NCBI GenBank assembly: GCA_041480845.1
Contig: JBGPAU010000001.1
Coordinates: forward strand, 5,382 to 69,381
Reading direction: 5' to 3'
Origin: Patescibacteria group bacterium
GTDB lineage: Bacteria > Patescibacteriota > Microgenomatia > UBA8517
DNA length: 64,000 bases
Under the pieces are notes generated by a model. It made no database searches and was not told where the DNA came from. It saw only the letters and a list, made by a program, of their open reading frames with translations. Of this stretch, positions 36,504 to 46,605 are shown one piece after another. The first letter of the stretch is position 1. Each line of letters opens with the position of its first letter. Both the position numbers and the translations under genes were made by a program.

Positions 36504-38429
36504 ATGAAGATTTTGAGGATTTTTTTTGCCATTTTTCTAACTACTCTGTACTTTGTGCTAAGTACATGCGTAGTACACGCTCAAAGCGAATTCTCGGTTG
36601 ACGCCACGGTTTCATACGATGTTCAAGATTCCGGCAAGACCATTGTGACGCACAATATCACCCTTGAAAACAACTTCTCCACACTTTACGCCACGACTTA
36701 CTCATTGGGTCTGGAAAACATTGACACACAAAACATAATTGCCCTCGATGAAAAAGGTAAACTAATTCCTGTTGATGTCCAAAAAGATGGCGCAGCAACA
36801 AAAATTATTATTAAATTTTCTGATGCCGTGGTCGGCAAAGGGGCACAAAGGCATTTTTCCGTTTCTTATGAGAACGGTAGTTTTGCCGTGAGAACCGGCG
36901 AGATTTGGGAAGTTTCTGTACCAAGGCTCAGCGAAGGAAACTCATTCAGGAGCTATAAAATAATTTTGAAGATCCCTTCGAGTTTTGGACTTGAGGCATA
37001 TATTTCTCCAAAACCCAAAAGCAGTCAGTCTGACTACAATGGACTTCTTTATACATTTGACAGAAGCAGTGTTGCCGAAACAGGTATTTCGGGAGGATTC
37101 GGACAGTTCCAGGTATTTGCATATTCACTTTCTTATCATCTGGAAAATCCATTAGGGAAAAGTGCCCAAACTCAAATTGCTCTTCCCCCCGATACCGCTT
37201 TTCAGAAAGTATATTTGCAGAAAATAGACCCTAAACCGAGCAGTGTTAATGTCGACACAGATGGGAATTGGCTGGCTACATATATTTTGTCTCCAAGGCA
37301 AAGGGTTGATGTTACTGTAGCCGGTGCGGTTCAAATTTTTGCGGGATTTCGGACTTTTCCTAAACCGACGGACGCAGAATTAAGTGATAATTTACGCGAA
37401 ACCGAGTATTGGCAGGTAGGCAATCCCCAAATAAAGTCTTTGGCTGCCGAACTTAAAACTCCTAAAGCTATTTATGATTATGTCGTTAAGACACTGAAGT
37501 ACGACTTTAACCGCGTGCAGCCCAATGTCCAAAGAATGGGTGCGGTAAATGCATTGCAAAATCCCTCTCAGGCGATTTGCATGGAGTTTACCGACCTCTT
37601 TATTGCAATCGCGCGTGCAGCCGGAATTCCCGCCCGCGAGATTAACGGCTACGCTTATACAGAAAATCCGGAACTTCAACCTCTTAGCTTGGTTGCCGAT
37701 CTTTTGCATGCCTGGCCGGAATACTACGATAAAGCTAAGGGTATATGGATTCCGGTAGACCCAACTTGGGCCTCAACTAGCGGAGGCATTAATTATTTTG
37801 ACAAATTGGATCTTAGGCATTTTGCCTTTGTGATTCATGGAGAAAGCCCTGTAATGCCTTATCCTCCGGGTTCATATAAACTTGGCCCGAATCCGCAAAA
37901 AGACGTATATGTTTCTTTCGGAAAGTTGCCCGAAAATAGAATCAGCAGTTTGAATATTTCTATAATTCCGGTGAGAATATTGCCTTTTCTTAACTCTATA
38001 TATACCGTTAAAATTTATAATGCCGGGCCTCAAGCTATGTACTCCGTTTATTCGATAGCCTATTTTGATAACAAAGAGTCCAGCCGCGATTTTATAGAAG
38101 TCCTTCCTCCTTATTCTACATATAAAGTTAACATAACAGTGCCCTTTAGTATTTTGGGAAAGGGTTCACCAAATATAGTTGAGGTAAAAGCCGGCGGCAG
38201 TTTGGCCCGCATCACAACCAATAAAACTCAGGTTATTATCCATAGTCTTCTGGCGATTTCAGCATTCCTAATAATTTTGGTAATTTTCATATTGATTAAG
38301 CTTAAGAAGATAACTTTCGGAAGATTTTTTGCTACAATAGCCTCTGGTAAGCAAAAAATTCATGAAAGATTTACTAGAAAAACTGCCAAAAGTCAAAATA
38401 ACCCCCCAAATCCTCCGGAAGCTTCCTGA
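36504..38429 (+). CDS. Secreted transglutaminase-like (papain-fold Cys/His/Asp) domain protein with C-terminal TM anchor.
   Basis: Signal peptide, catalytic C (AICMEFTDLF), H (LHAWPEYY), D (VDPTW), and a C-terminal hydrophobic helix. Confidence 0.6.
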   Translation: MKILRIFFAIFLTTLYFVLSTCVVHAQSEFSVDATVSYDVQDSGKTIVTHNITLENNFSTLYATTYSLGLENIDTQNIIALDEKGKLIPVDVQKDGAATKIIIKFSDAVVGKGAQRHFSVSYENGSFAVRTGEIWEVSVPRLSEGNSFRSYKIILKIPSSFGLEAYISPKPKSSQSDYNGLLYTFDRSSVAETGISGGFGQFQVFAYSLSYHLENPLGKSAQTQIALPPDTAFQKVYLQKIDPKPSSVNVDTDGNWLATYILSPRQRVDVTVAGAVQIFAGFRTFPKPTDAELSDNLRETEYWQVGNPQIKSLAAELKTPKAIYDYVVKTLKYDFNRVQPNVQRMGAVNALQNPSQAICMEFTDLFIAIARAAGIPAREINGYAYTENPELQPLSLVADLLHAWPEYYDKAKGIWIPVDPTWASTSGGINYFDKLDLRHFAFVIHGESPVMPYPPGSYKLGPNPQKDVYVSFGKLPENRISSLNISIIPVRILPFLNSIYTVKIYNAGPQAMYSVYSIAYFDNKESSRDFIEVLPPYSTYKVNITVPFSILGKGSPNIVEVKAGGSLARITTNKTQVIIHSLLAISAFLIILVIFILIKLKKITFGRFFATIASGKQKIHERFTRKTAKSQNNPPNPPEAS

Positions 38430-39693
38430 AAGCGCAGGAATATACGTGTTCTTTAAAGAAGGTATACCGATATATATTGGCAAAGCTATTAATTTGAAAA
38501 GAAGGGTTTCTTCATATTTTGAAATGGACCTTGAAATGAAAACGGCCAGGATGATAAGTTCGGCGCAGGAATTGTCTTTTATTCAGGTTGCCTCTGAACT
38601 TGAAGCTCTTCTTTTGGAAGCTAAATTGATCCGCTTGTATTTGCCAAAATATAATGTTTCGGCAAAAGATGACAAGCACCCACTTTATATTCTGATAACG
38701 GATGAAAAATACCCGAGGGTTATTACTGTCCGAAAAATAGATTTAAATAAATGTCCGGCTATTGCGAATTATGGACCATTTCCGTCTTCGGGTAATGTCC
38801 AAACTGTACTTAAAATGATCAGACGCATTTTCCCCTATGCTGATCACAAATTGGGGAAACGGGGTTGTCTATATTCCCATATCGGGTTATGTAACCCATG
38901 CCCTTCGGAAATTGAAGCAATTAAGAATTGTGAATTAAGAATTAAAAAGAGAAACCAGTATTTAAAAAACATAAAGATGGTCAAAGATGTACTTTCGTCC
39001 AAATTTGATGGGGTAAGGAAGGAATTATTAAAAGAAATGGAAGACGCCTCTGAAAGCGAGAACTACGAAGTTGCGGGACAGATTCGCGACCAGATAGAAA
39101 AAATCGAGTATATCACCCGTCCGCAGATCCCCACAGATTTTTATATGCAAAACCCAGATCTTTACGAGGATCTTCGAAACAAAGAGCTGAGAGAATTTCA
39201 ACATATTCTTAATTCTTACTTCTTAAATCTTAAATCTCTAACAAGAATCGAGTGTTTTGATGTTGCCCATTTGGCAGGAAGCAGCGCCGCAGCGTCAATG
39301 GTGACATTCATAAAAGGAGAACCTGACAAAATCTTCTACAGACATTTTAAAATTAGGCAGGACAAAAGGCAGAGTGACATCGATTCTTTGAAAGAAGTTA
39401 TTAAAAGGAGACTAAAGCATATAGAAGACTGGGGTAAGCCAAATCTAATTATCGTAGACGGAGGTACTGCACAGGTAAATTCTTTTCACACAATACTTTT
39501 AGCCATCAACGCTGATATTCCGGTTGTAGGGATTGCAAAAAACCCCGACAGACTTATTATCGGAACAAGAAAGATCAGATTGAAGGGACCCGCTTTAAAT
39601 TTGGTGGCCCGAGTACGTGACGAGGCCCACAGGTTTGCAAGAAGATATCACCACCTTTTAATTTCAAAGGATTTAATCAAAAAAGATTTGTAA
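38362..39693 (+). CDS. uvrC: Excinuclease ABC subunit C, short form: GIY-YIG plus RNase-H-like endonuclease domain, apparently lacking the C-terminal HhH.
   Basis: GIY-YIG motif (GIYVFF...IYIGKAINLKRRVSSYF). 443 aa, versus about 600 for canonical UvrC. Overlaps the upstream gene by 68 bp. Confidence 0.65.
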   Translation: MKDLLEKLPKVKITPQILRKLPESAGIYVFFKEGIPIYIGKAINLKRRVSSYFEMDLEMKTARMISSAQELSFIQVASELEALLLEAKLIRLYLPKYNVSAKDDKHPLYILITDEKYPRVITVRKIDLNKCPAIANYGPFPSSGNVQTVLKMIRRIFPYADHKLGKRGCLYSHIGLCNPCPSEIEAIKNCELRIKKRNQYLKNIKMVKDVLSSKFDGVRKELLKEMEDASESENYEVAGQIRDQIEKIEYITRPQIPTDFYMQNPDLYEDLRNKELREFQHILNSYFLNLKSLTRIECFDVAHLAGSSAAASMVTFIKGEPDKIFYRHFKIRQDKRQSDIDSLKEVIKRRLKHIEDWGKPNLIIVDGGTAQVNSFHTILLAINADIPVVGIAKNPDRLIIGTRKIRLKGPALNLVARVRDEAHRFARRYHHLLISKDLIKKDL

Positions 39694-39723
39694 ATATAGG
39701 TAAAATCTGCATATACTTGTTAA

Positions 39724-40125
39724 ATGAAAACTATTATAAAACACTTCATAATAAATACGGTTTCTCTCTATGCAGTTTCTCTTGTCGTCTCAGGAATTGT
39801 ATTTGCCCAAGGAACATATTCCCTTCTCTTAGCAGGCATAGTATTAACTCTTACTACACTTATAATAAAACCCATTATAAATATTCTTCTTTTACCTCTG
39901 AATCTCATCACATTCGGCCTTTTCCGCTGGGCGGGATTTGCCATAACACTCTACCTGGTAACCTTAATTGTTCCTGGATTCAAACTTATGGATTTTGTTT
40001 TTAAAGGTTTTTATTCATATTGGTTTTCAATTCCGGTTATTTCCCTTTCGGGACTTTCAGCTTTTGTCGCATTCTCATTTTTGATCTCAATTATTGCCTC
40101 CATAGGTTATTGGATCTTCAAGTGA
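39724..40125 (+). CDS. Small 4-TM membrane protein (YvlD/DUF360-like).
   Basis: Four hydrophobic helices and no other motif. Confidence 0.35.
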   Translation: MKTIIKHFIINTVSLYAVSLVVSGIVFAQGTYSLLLAGIVLTLTTLIIKPIINILLLPLNLITFGLFRWAGFAITLYLVTLIVPGFKLMDFVFKGFYSYWFSIPVISLSGLSAFVAFSFLISIIASIGYWIFK

Positions 40126-40147
40126 ATTTTAAGGTATAATTACGCGT

Positions 40148-40363
40148 ATGAAACAACTTTTAACGATCACCCAGATCGTCTCTTCGGTTATTCTTGTTTT
40201 TCTAATACTAATTCAGGCGCGTGGAACTGGTTTCGGCAGGTCAGGCAGTTTTGGCGGGGGCACATCCTTCAGCAGGCGTGGCCTGGAAAAACTTATTTTC
40301 AGACTTACCTTTATTATCGCTTTAGTATTTGTAGTTATATCAATCCTTACCCTGGTTTTTTAA
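40148..40363 (+). CDS. secG: Preprotein translocase subunit SecG.
   Basis: 71 aa, two TM helices flanking a Gly-rich loop (RGTGFGRSGSFGGG). Confidence 0.7.
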   Translation: MKQLLTITQIVSSVILVFLILIQARGTGFGRSGSFGGGTSFSRRGLEKLIFRLTFIIALVFVVISILTLVF

Positions 40364-40370
40364 TTTTTCA

Positions 40371-41696
40371 ATGATAAATCTCCGCTATATATTCAGACTT
40401 ATTGGAGCGTTTATTGGCCGGTTTAGAGTGTTAATTTTAATAAGCATTGGTGTAGGGATAGCGTTTTTTTTCATTCTCAGATTTTTTTTGCCTCTTTTGA
40501 TTGAATCACAATCTTTAAGAATCGGAATAACCGGTAGGTACACGCTCTCTACTCTGCCTAACGCAATTCTGGACATGGTAGGCGACGGACTTACCAAACT
40601 TGACGCTAACGGAAACGTAGAACCTAATTTGGCCTCTTCCTGGGAAACTTCCGACAAAGGTAAAACCTGGACTTTTACTTTGAAAGACAATTTATACTGG
40701 CAAGACGGTAAAAAGGTTGTGAGTTCGGGAATTTCCTATCAATTTTCTGATGTCACGATTGAAAGACCCGATACCAAAACCATAACATTTAAACTACAAA
40801 ATCCCTATTCCGCATTTCCGACAGTTGTTTCGAGACCGGCGTTTAAATCCGGCCTTTTAGGTACGGGAGAATACCGTGTGACCGGCATTTCCCTCAACGG
40901 GTCCGTTGTTGAAGAGCTAAGTATGAAGAATAAGAATGCGGGAATAGTTATTTATAAATTTTATCCTACGGAAGAAAAGACCAAACTGGCTCTTGAGCTT
41001 GGTCAAGTTGACAGGATTCAGGATATTTTGGAACCTTCCCCCCTGGACAGCTGGAATAAAATGAAAATCACCGAAAAATCCAATACAGGCCAATATGTTG
41101 GCGTTTTTTATAATATTCAAGATAAACTTCTTGCAGAAAAAAATATTCGTCAGGCTCTCTCGTATGCAATTGATAAAGACACCTTAAGTGGAAAGCGTGC
41201 AATAAGCCCGATCTCTATCGACTCATGGGCATATAACCCGCAGGTTAAACCTTATGATTATGATCCTGTCAAGGCAAAAACAATGATAGATGATTATAAA
41301 AAAAGTGCCAAACTTACCGATATTTCAGTTAATCTTTCAACTACCCCTATTCTTTTAAATAGTGCCGAAAAAATTGCTAAAAACTGGCAGGCCGCAGGGG
41401 TTAACGTAAATTTGCAGGTAATTTCGCAAGTACCTTCCGATTATCAGGCATTTCTGGCTATTTTTGATATACCGGACGATCCGGACCAATATTCCATGTG
41501 GCATTCCACACAAACCGCAACAAATATCACTCATTATCAAAACCCCAGAATTGACAAACTTTTGGAAGACGGCAGAAGTGAGATCAATATAGACGCACGG
41601 AAAAAAATATATTTTGACTTTCAAAGATTTCTGGTTGAAGACTCTCCTGCAGCTTTTCTCTTTTACCCGACAACTTATACAATCGGCAGAAAATAA
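40371..41696 (+). CDS. ABC transporter substrate-binding protein, family 5 (peptide/nickel type).
   Basis: N-terminal TM/signal and an SBP_bac_5-like core (LTKLDANGNVEPNLASSWE.S.DGKTWTFTLK). Confidence 0.6.
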   Translation: MINLRYIFRLIGAFIGRFRVLILISIGVGIAFFFILRFFLPLLIESQSLRIGITGRYTLSTLPNAILDMVGDGLTKLDANGNVEPNLASSWETSDKGKTWTFTLKDNLYWQDGKKVVSSGISYQFSDVTIERPDTKTITFKLQNPYSAFPTVVSRPAFKSGLLGTGEYRVTGISLNGSVVEELSMKNKNAGIVIYKFYPTEEKTKLALELGQVDRIQDILEPSPLDSWNKMKITEKSNTGQYVGVFYNIQDKLLAEKNIRQALSYAIDKDTLSGKRAISPISIDSWAYNPQVKPYDYDPVKAKTMIDDYKKSAKLTDISVNLSTTPILLNSAEKIAKNWQAAGVNVNLQVISQVPSDYQAFLAIFDIPDDPDQYSMWHSTQTATNITHYQNPRIDKLLEDGRSEINIDARKKIYFDFQRFLVEDSPAAFLFYPTTYTIGRK

Positions 41697-41712
41697 GGGA
41701 CTGGTGTATTTG

Positions 41713-42399
41713 CTACTTGTTCAGAACGGATTGAACAAGACTCTTCAATTGGTCATATGAACCGGCCGGTGTAATTTTTTGCCCGTTTAGATAAAACGTG
41801 GGTGTTTCGTTTATCCCGATTGTTGTCCCGTCATTAACGTCATTTTGAATTTTATCCTTAACAACAGACGAGTTCATATCCGCACTAAATTTATTTAAAT
41901 CCATGTTCAAATCTTTTGCGTAACCGACAAATACGCTTGTGGGATCGTCTAAATTTGACCAGTCGCCTTGAGTGGCATAAACCTTTTCATGCATTTGCCA
42001 GAACTTTCCTTGCAAGCCGGCAGCCTCAACGGCGGAAGAAGATACGGGTGCATTTTTGTGCTGGGCGAGTGGAAAATTCCTGAAAACATAATTTATTTTG
42101 CCGGCAAAATCGGTTAAAAGCTGCTTTACAAACGGACTATATACGCTACAGGCCGGGCATTCATAGTCCCCGAACTCGACAAGGGTAGCCGTAGCAGAAG
42201 TAGAAGCCGGCAGGTAGTTTCCGTTTACAAAGCCTGAAGTCACAATTGCATTTTGAGGGATTAAGAGCGAAGAATTTACAACTTTTGTCGAAACATTGGT
42301 ATTGCCTCTGGAAAAAAGGAATATTCCGCCAACGAATATAACCAAAGTCATTAAGCCAATTATTAAAAATGTTTTGTTTTTTTGAAGAAAATCCTTCAT
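41713..42399 (-). CDS. DsbA-like thiol:disulfide oxidoreductase (thioredoxin fold, CPAC).
   Basis: Signal anchor plus FGDYECPACSVY active site. Confidence 0.7.
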   Translation of the reverse strand: MKDFLQKNKTFLIIGLMTLVIFVGGIFLFSRGNTNVSTKVVNSSLLIPQNAIVTSGFVNGNYLPASTSATATLVEFGDYECPACSVYSPFVKQLLTDFAGKINYVFRNFPLAQHKNAPVSSSAVEAAGLQGKFWQMHEKVYATQGDWSNLDDPTSVFVGYAKDLNMDLNKFSADMNSSVVKDKIQNDVNDGTTIGINETPTFYLNGQKITPAGSYDQLKSLVQSVLNK

Positions 42400-42487
42400 T
42401 TCTTTTTACGATTATAGCAGATTTGAATTCGGCTAATGCGGGATTTTAGTTGGTCTTCATGGTAAAATATGCATGTCCAATTTACTT

Positions 42488-42564
42488 GGTGGGTGTAGCT
42501 CAACGGTTAGAGCGCTTCCCTGTGGAGGAAGAGGCTGGCGGTTCGAATCCGCTCTCCCACCCCA
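42488..42564 (+). tRNA. tRNA-His (anticodon GUG), with G-1 and encoded CCA.
   Basis: Extra 5' G, anticodon arm CUUCC-CUGUGGA-GGAAG, T-arm GGCGG-UUCGAAU-CCGCU, 3' CCA. Confidence 0.8.
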
Positions 42565-42573
42565 ACACAATAT

Positions 42574-43206
42574 TTGTCTCCTTATAGTTTGACAAAAGCC
42601 CCCTTCAGAACTACTATTGGCGCATATATGGGATCAGAGTCCGAAAAAAAACAAGATCACGTTGAGCCAGCTGAAAGAGAAAAAAAATGGGAGATTTGGA
42701 AAACCATTGAAGTTGGCGGCAAAAGTGTTCAGGTTTTAGAAGCAGAACTTAAGCAAAAAGGGATTTATTTCCATAAATATGCTCAAAAAATGATGCGAAG
42801 TGAGAATTTTGTTACCCTAAAGCATTCGGAGCGGATCAGCCTAGTTCGCTTGAAAGTATCTGATTTGGGTTATACTTTTTTAAATCCAACCAGAGATCAA
42901 ACCTATCAAAAAGCCCAAGATTTAGGTTTAGACCTTTGTCCCCATGAGGTTGGCCCGGAACTTAGGCTAAAGTATGATGGTCCCCCTTCAGGAGAATGGC
43001 TTTATGTGGGAATGAAACAGATTGATCTTCCCGAAGAAGAATATGGGAATATACCTGAGCCATATGTGTTTGTGCTCGAACGCGACAAGTATAATAGTAA
43101 AAAGGATGGTATTAAGTTGATTGGTCTTTTTGCTCTTTCGTCCCATCTCATGCAGCTAGACGATGAGTTAGTTTTCCGTCTTCGCAATGAAAATAAAGTT
43201 GTTTAA
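42574..43206 (+). CDS. Hypothetical protein.
   Basis: 210-aa ORF with no recognisable motif. Confidence 0.35.
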   Translation: MSPYSLTKAPFRTTIGAYMGSESEKKQDHVEPAEREKKWEIWKTIEVGGKSVQVLEAELKQKGIYFHKYAQKMMRSENFVTLKHSERISLVRLKVSDLGYTFLNPTRDQTYQKAQDLGLDLCPHEVGPELRLKYDGPPSGEWLYVGMKQIDLPEEEYGNIPEPYVFVLERDKYNSKKDGIKLIGLFALSSHLMQLDDELVFRLRNENKVV

Positions 43207-43223
43207 AATCAGGGCATAAAATA

Positions 43224-43270
43224 TGTTCGAAGACAAGTCGTTAAGTTACCCCACCTTCGAATTTTTAGGC
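43224..43270 (+). terminator. Rho-independent terminator: stem UUCGAAG/CUUCGAA followed by U-run.
   Basis: 7-bp inverted repeat followed by TTTTTA. Confidence 0.4.
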
Positions 43271-43271
43271 A

Positions 43272-43330
43272 AAAAAAAAGGGAAACCATTTAAACTGCTA
43301 AAGTAGCCAGTAAAAATAGTTTCCCTTATG
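43272..43330 (-). terminator. Rho-independent terminator for the minus-strand lipoprotein gene: stem AAGGGAAAC/GUUUCCCUU followed by U9 on the minus strand.
   Basis: 9-bp inverted repeat flanked by A9 on the plus strand. Confidence 0.45.
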
Positions 43331-43342
43331 GAAATACTTAGT

Positions 43343-44503
43343 TCATCTTTCCGAACAGGTGGTGAATAACGCGTATTCATCGGGTGTGTGTGCAGAGTCG
43401 GTTACAACAAAATATCCCCCATAGGGAATAAAAAAGTGTTGTTCACCGAAACTGACCACAAAATCGATACCATGTTCGAAGACGAAACCGCCGTCGATAT
43501 CTACCCAACGCGGGCTTTCGTAAGCGGTTCCAGTCATGCCGTTTGGCAAACTGACTTGTCCTCCGGGACAAATCTCTTCGTGAGCACGTATAAGATTAAA
43601 CACACCTGGTAGCATACCGCTGGCATAACTGTAGTAGCGGGCAAAATCCCCCAAGACTTTGTTACCATTACCTGTGAAATCAATCGCTAGTCCTCTATAG
43701 GGATCACTCCATCCATATAAGGAAAGCATGTCGTCTTCAAAACCACACATTTGTCTGAGAGCGGTGTATTGTTCCCAATCGATTCCCCATTCTTTATAGG
43801 ATCTGGTTATCATCCAACATTGAACTCCGGGGATAACAAACTCCCATTCGCTCAGGCTGTTTTCAAGCAGTGAGTAATAGTGGAAATCGTTATCAGGGTT
43901 ATTTGGCTCAATCAATTGTGCATTATGTAAGGCTCTTGCGCCTAGCACTTCTGCTTTGGCCGATCGACTTTTTTCATAGTTGTTAACCAGGCCCTGAATA
44001 TAAATATCGTTTTCCGTTGCGGTAAAAAGTCCGGTTACAGCAATAAGGTTAAAGCCGTCGCCAATTCGACAATATACGGATCCTGTAGAGTTTGACGGAA
44101 AATCAAACCTTTCATAAGAAAGATCCGGAGGATATTCTATCCCTCCCGTCATATTGAATTGCGTCAATGTGTCCGTTGGACGATATCCGCTTGTTACTCC
44201 GTTTTCAACCCTTAGGGGCATATAGTAAAAAATTGTTACTTTGGCGGCAACCAGACTTCCTGAATCACGTTCCCGCATAACAAGAGACAATTTATTATCG
44301 GTTGTTCTTTGATATGACAACAGATCAACCTCCTTATCTCTTAGTTCACAGGGGTCGCGTAATTCAAGCGGGGAGACGGTTTCGGCAGGCGGCACTGGGG
44401 AAAATTCCTCAAGTGCAAGAGTTGGCGTTTGCGTCAATGCTTTTGGCGCACAGCCGGATACAAGAACAAGCACAAAGAGCACGTACAAAACTTTTTTGAA
44501 CAT
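43343..44503 (-). CDS. Lipoprotein (LVSGC lipobox), possibly with a C-terminal papain-like domain.
   Basis: Signal peptide with lipobox, and a Cys-containing core (PGVQCWMITRS). Adjacent to the C39-like peptidase gene. Confidence 0.4.
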   Translation of the reverse strand: MFKKVLYVLFVLVLVSGCAPKALTQTPTLALEEFSPVPPAETVSPLELRDPCELRDKEVDLLSYQRTTDNKLSLVMRERDSGSLVAAKVTIFYYMPLRVENGVTSGYRPTDTLTQFNMTGGIEYPPDLSYERFDFPSNSTGSVYCRIGDGFNLIAVTGLFTATENDIYIQGLVNNYEKSRSAKAEVLGARALHNAQLIEPNNPDNDFHYYSLLENSLSEWEFVIPGVQCWMITRSYKEWGIDWEQYTALRQMCGFEDDMLSLYGWSDPYRGLAIDFTGNGNKVLGDFARYYSYASGMLPGVFNLIRAHEEICPGGQVSLPNGMTGTAYESPRWVDIDGGFVFEHGIDFVVSFGEQHFFIPYGGYFVVTDSAHTPDEYALFTTCSER

Positions 44504-44601
44504 GTTTTCTCCTTTTGAATGAAAAAGAATATTAAGATTTTAGAGTGCGAACTAAGCAAACGGTATTATAACGTAAACTATAGGTTTGTCAAGCCTGAGG
44601 G

Positions 44602-45120
44602 TTAAATTTTTGAGGCGGGGTCAATCCAGAGCATCCAACCGTCAATCCAAGTTCTGTCATGAACATCCAATGTATCGTACCAGTTTTTGTTAAATTCATT
44701 GTCCGAGATTGTCCAAATCCCAGGCCTGCTGTTTGAAGGGTCCACAAGGGTTAATCCCTTCAATTTGTAGTCGTAATCTCCGGCTATGGCATAATGTCCA
44801 CCTGGTTCATCTTCTTTGTCAATGTTATCCCACCAGTCCAAAATCACTATGTGACCCATTTTTAGGTGGGTTGAGATGTCTTTCATTGTCGCATTATGTT
44901 TGTAGTTAACTATTTTAAAAAAGCGACTAAAGTACGCCATCATTATTTGTTGTGTAGTGCCCCACCACTCCTTATAAACCTCTTTGGCAATTTCGCTTTG
45001 GGACTTTCTTATTCCACAGGCTCTTAGCGCCATTTGTATAACGGCCGGCCCGCACCAACCGGGTTTTTCCTGAAATTTGTGAAATTTTTTCCATTCAGCC
45101 AGAGTAATTTGCATGTACAA
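44602..45120 (-). CDS. Peptidase C39-like (papain-fold) domain protein.
   Basis: GWCGPAVIQMAL catalytic-Cys motif and a downstream His (GGHYAI). Confidence 0.5.
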   Translation of the reverse strand: MYMQITLAEWKKFHKFQEKPGWCGPAVIQMALRACGIRKSQSEIAKEVYKEWWGTTQQIMMAYFSRFFKIVNYKHNATMKDISTHLKMGHIVILDWWDNIDKEDEPGGHYAIAGDYDYKLKGLTLVDPSNSRPGIWTISDNEFNKNWYDTLDVHDRTWIDGWMLWIDPASKI

Positions 45121-45174
45121 ATTATATCATCCATATTGCTATTGTTGGAATTTTGTATATATACTAATCTAGAA

Positions 45175-45831
45175 ATGCCAAACGAAGAAAAATCTAAAAG
45201 AAAAAGGATGGTTGTTGAGGAAGTTAAATCCGAAGAAACTCCAAAAGCGGAAGAAGCTTCAAAAAAGGAAGAAAATGCAGCCGAAGCTGTAATTGAACCA
45301 AAAATACTTGACGAGGCCGCCACAGATACGGTTTCCATCGAGCCACAACTTGAAACTAAAAAATCATCTTTGATTGCTCTTTGGATAATTATCCCCGGAA
45401 TTTTCCTTCTTGGTGCAATTTTGGGAGGAATTGTTTTCTACCAAAGAGGGGTTAGCAGCAGTCAGGAAGTAACTCCGACTCCGACAGCCGCTCCGACTTC
45501 GGCTCCGGTCGTGTCCGCAAGTCCTTCTGCTTCCGCCGTCTTGACCAAATATACAATCAACATTTTTAACGGATCAGGAATTGCCGGAGAGGCAGCCAAA
45601 GCAAAAACTTTATTGACTACCGCGGGATTCAAAGTGGGTTCTACCGCAAATGCGGCGAGTTATGACTACACAAAAACCATTATTAAAGCCAAAATTACGG
45701 TAGAAGCCTCATTTGTAGCTGCGCTTTCTACGGCGCTTGCAAAAAGTTACTCTGTCGATACCGCCCAAACTCTTGCAAGTACTTCAGCCGATACCGTTCA
45801 GGTTGTCATCGGAAGCTCCAAGGCCCAATAA
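45175..45831 (+). CDS. Membrane protein with LytR C-terminal (LytR_C) domain.
   Basis: TM helix, Pro/Thr/Ala-rich linker, and the LytR_C pattern (YTINIFNGSGIAGEAAKA...GFKVG). Confidence 0.5.
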   Translation: MPNEEKSKRKRMVVEEVKSEETPKAEEASKKEENAAEAVIEPKILDEAATDTVSIEPQLETKKSSLIALWIIIPGIFLLGAILGGIVFYQRGVSSSQEVTPTPTAAPTSAPVVSASPSASAVLTKYTINIFNGSGIAGEAAKAKTLLTTAGFKVGSTANAASYDYTKTIIKAKITVEASFVAALSTALAKSYSVDTAQTLASTSADTVQVVIGSSKAQ

Positions 45832-45833
45832 TT

Positions 45834-45870
45834 TAATTTTGAGCGGGATAGTCGTGGAGCGGGATAAGCA
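45834..45870 (-). repeat. Two orphan direct copies of the tRNA-Gly(UCC) 3' end plus flank: AATTTTGAGCGGGATAG at 45834-45851 and GAGCGGGATAAG at 45858-45869.
   Basis: Exact 17-nt match to 45894-45910 (the tRNA 3' end plus 7 nt of flank). Confidence 0.7.
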
Positions 45871-45900
45871 AAGCTTGTCCCTCTCAAAATCAGAATTTTG

Positions 45901-45971
45901 AGCGGGATAGGGGAGTCGAACCCCTCTTCACAGCTTGGAAAGCTGTTGTTAAGCCGATTAACTAATCCCGC
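45901..45971 (-). tRNA. tRNA-Gly (anticodon UCC).
   Basis: Acceptor GCGGGAU/AUCCCGC, anticodon arm ACAGC-UUUCCAA-GCUGU, T-arm AGGGG-UUCGACU-CCCCU. Confidence 0.75.
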
Positions 45972-45988
45972 ACTGACGTATTTTAACA

Positions 45989-46600
45989 TTATTTTCTGAA
46001 CTGATCGAGAACAGCAGGGTCATCATCGGGGTGAAGCATGACCAAGGCCCAATGATCATTTAAGGATCCGTCCTTTTTGTCATCGACCCAGAGTTTGTCA
46101 AGAACATCATACGGAATATAATAAACATTTTCCTCCCTAGTATTTATTACCCCGTAATTACCCTCTACCACTATTTCGTCTTTAGAAGGATCAATTATAA
46201 GTGCATATGGGACCTTTTGTATTTCTTTCAGTTGGGCCAAAATTATATAGTGGCCGTCAACCCCATCCACTTTTTTGCCCAAAACTTTATCCACACGTTC
46301 CAAACAATCTGTCACGTCGAGAACCATAACAACTCGTGCACTGGAAAGCAATTTTTCTACTTCTTCCTGCTTCCAATGCTCTCTAACAAGAATATGGGAG
46401 TCTGGAAGAAAACTTCTAGGCATTTCCGCAAGCTCATCAGGTTCGGTTCCCCATTCTGGATCCAAAACATGTATGTGAAGATCTTTTTGTTTAATGTGTT
46501 TTATTTCAAAAGCTTGTGCACCTGATTCGATTGTCCCATGAGCACATTTCCCGGCTTCGTTAAGTGGAATTCTTGGAATGTAAAAATATGTCTCTCTCAT
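45989..46600 (-). CDS. Hypothetical protein.
   Basis: ORF; start moved to MRETYF (46600) because the 16 codons upstream are encoded by the tRNA-Pro 3'-end repeat copy. Confidence 0.35.
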   Translation of the reverse strand: MRETYFYIPRIPLNEAGKCAHGTIESGAQAFEIKHIKQKDLHIHVLDPEWGTEPDELAEMPRSFLPDSHILVREHWKQEEVEKLLSSARVVMVLDVTDCLERVDKVLGKKVDGVDGHYIILAQLKEIQKVPYALIIDPSKDEIVVEGNYGVINTREENVYYIPYDVLDKLWVDDKKDGSLNDHWALVMLHPDDDPAVLDQFRK

Positions 46601-46605
46601 ATAAT

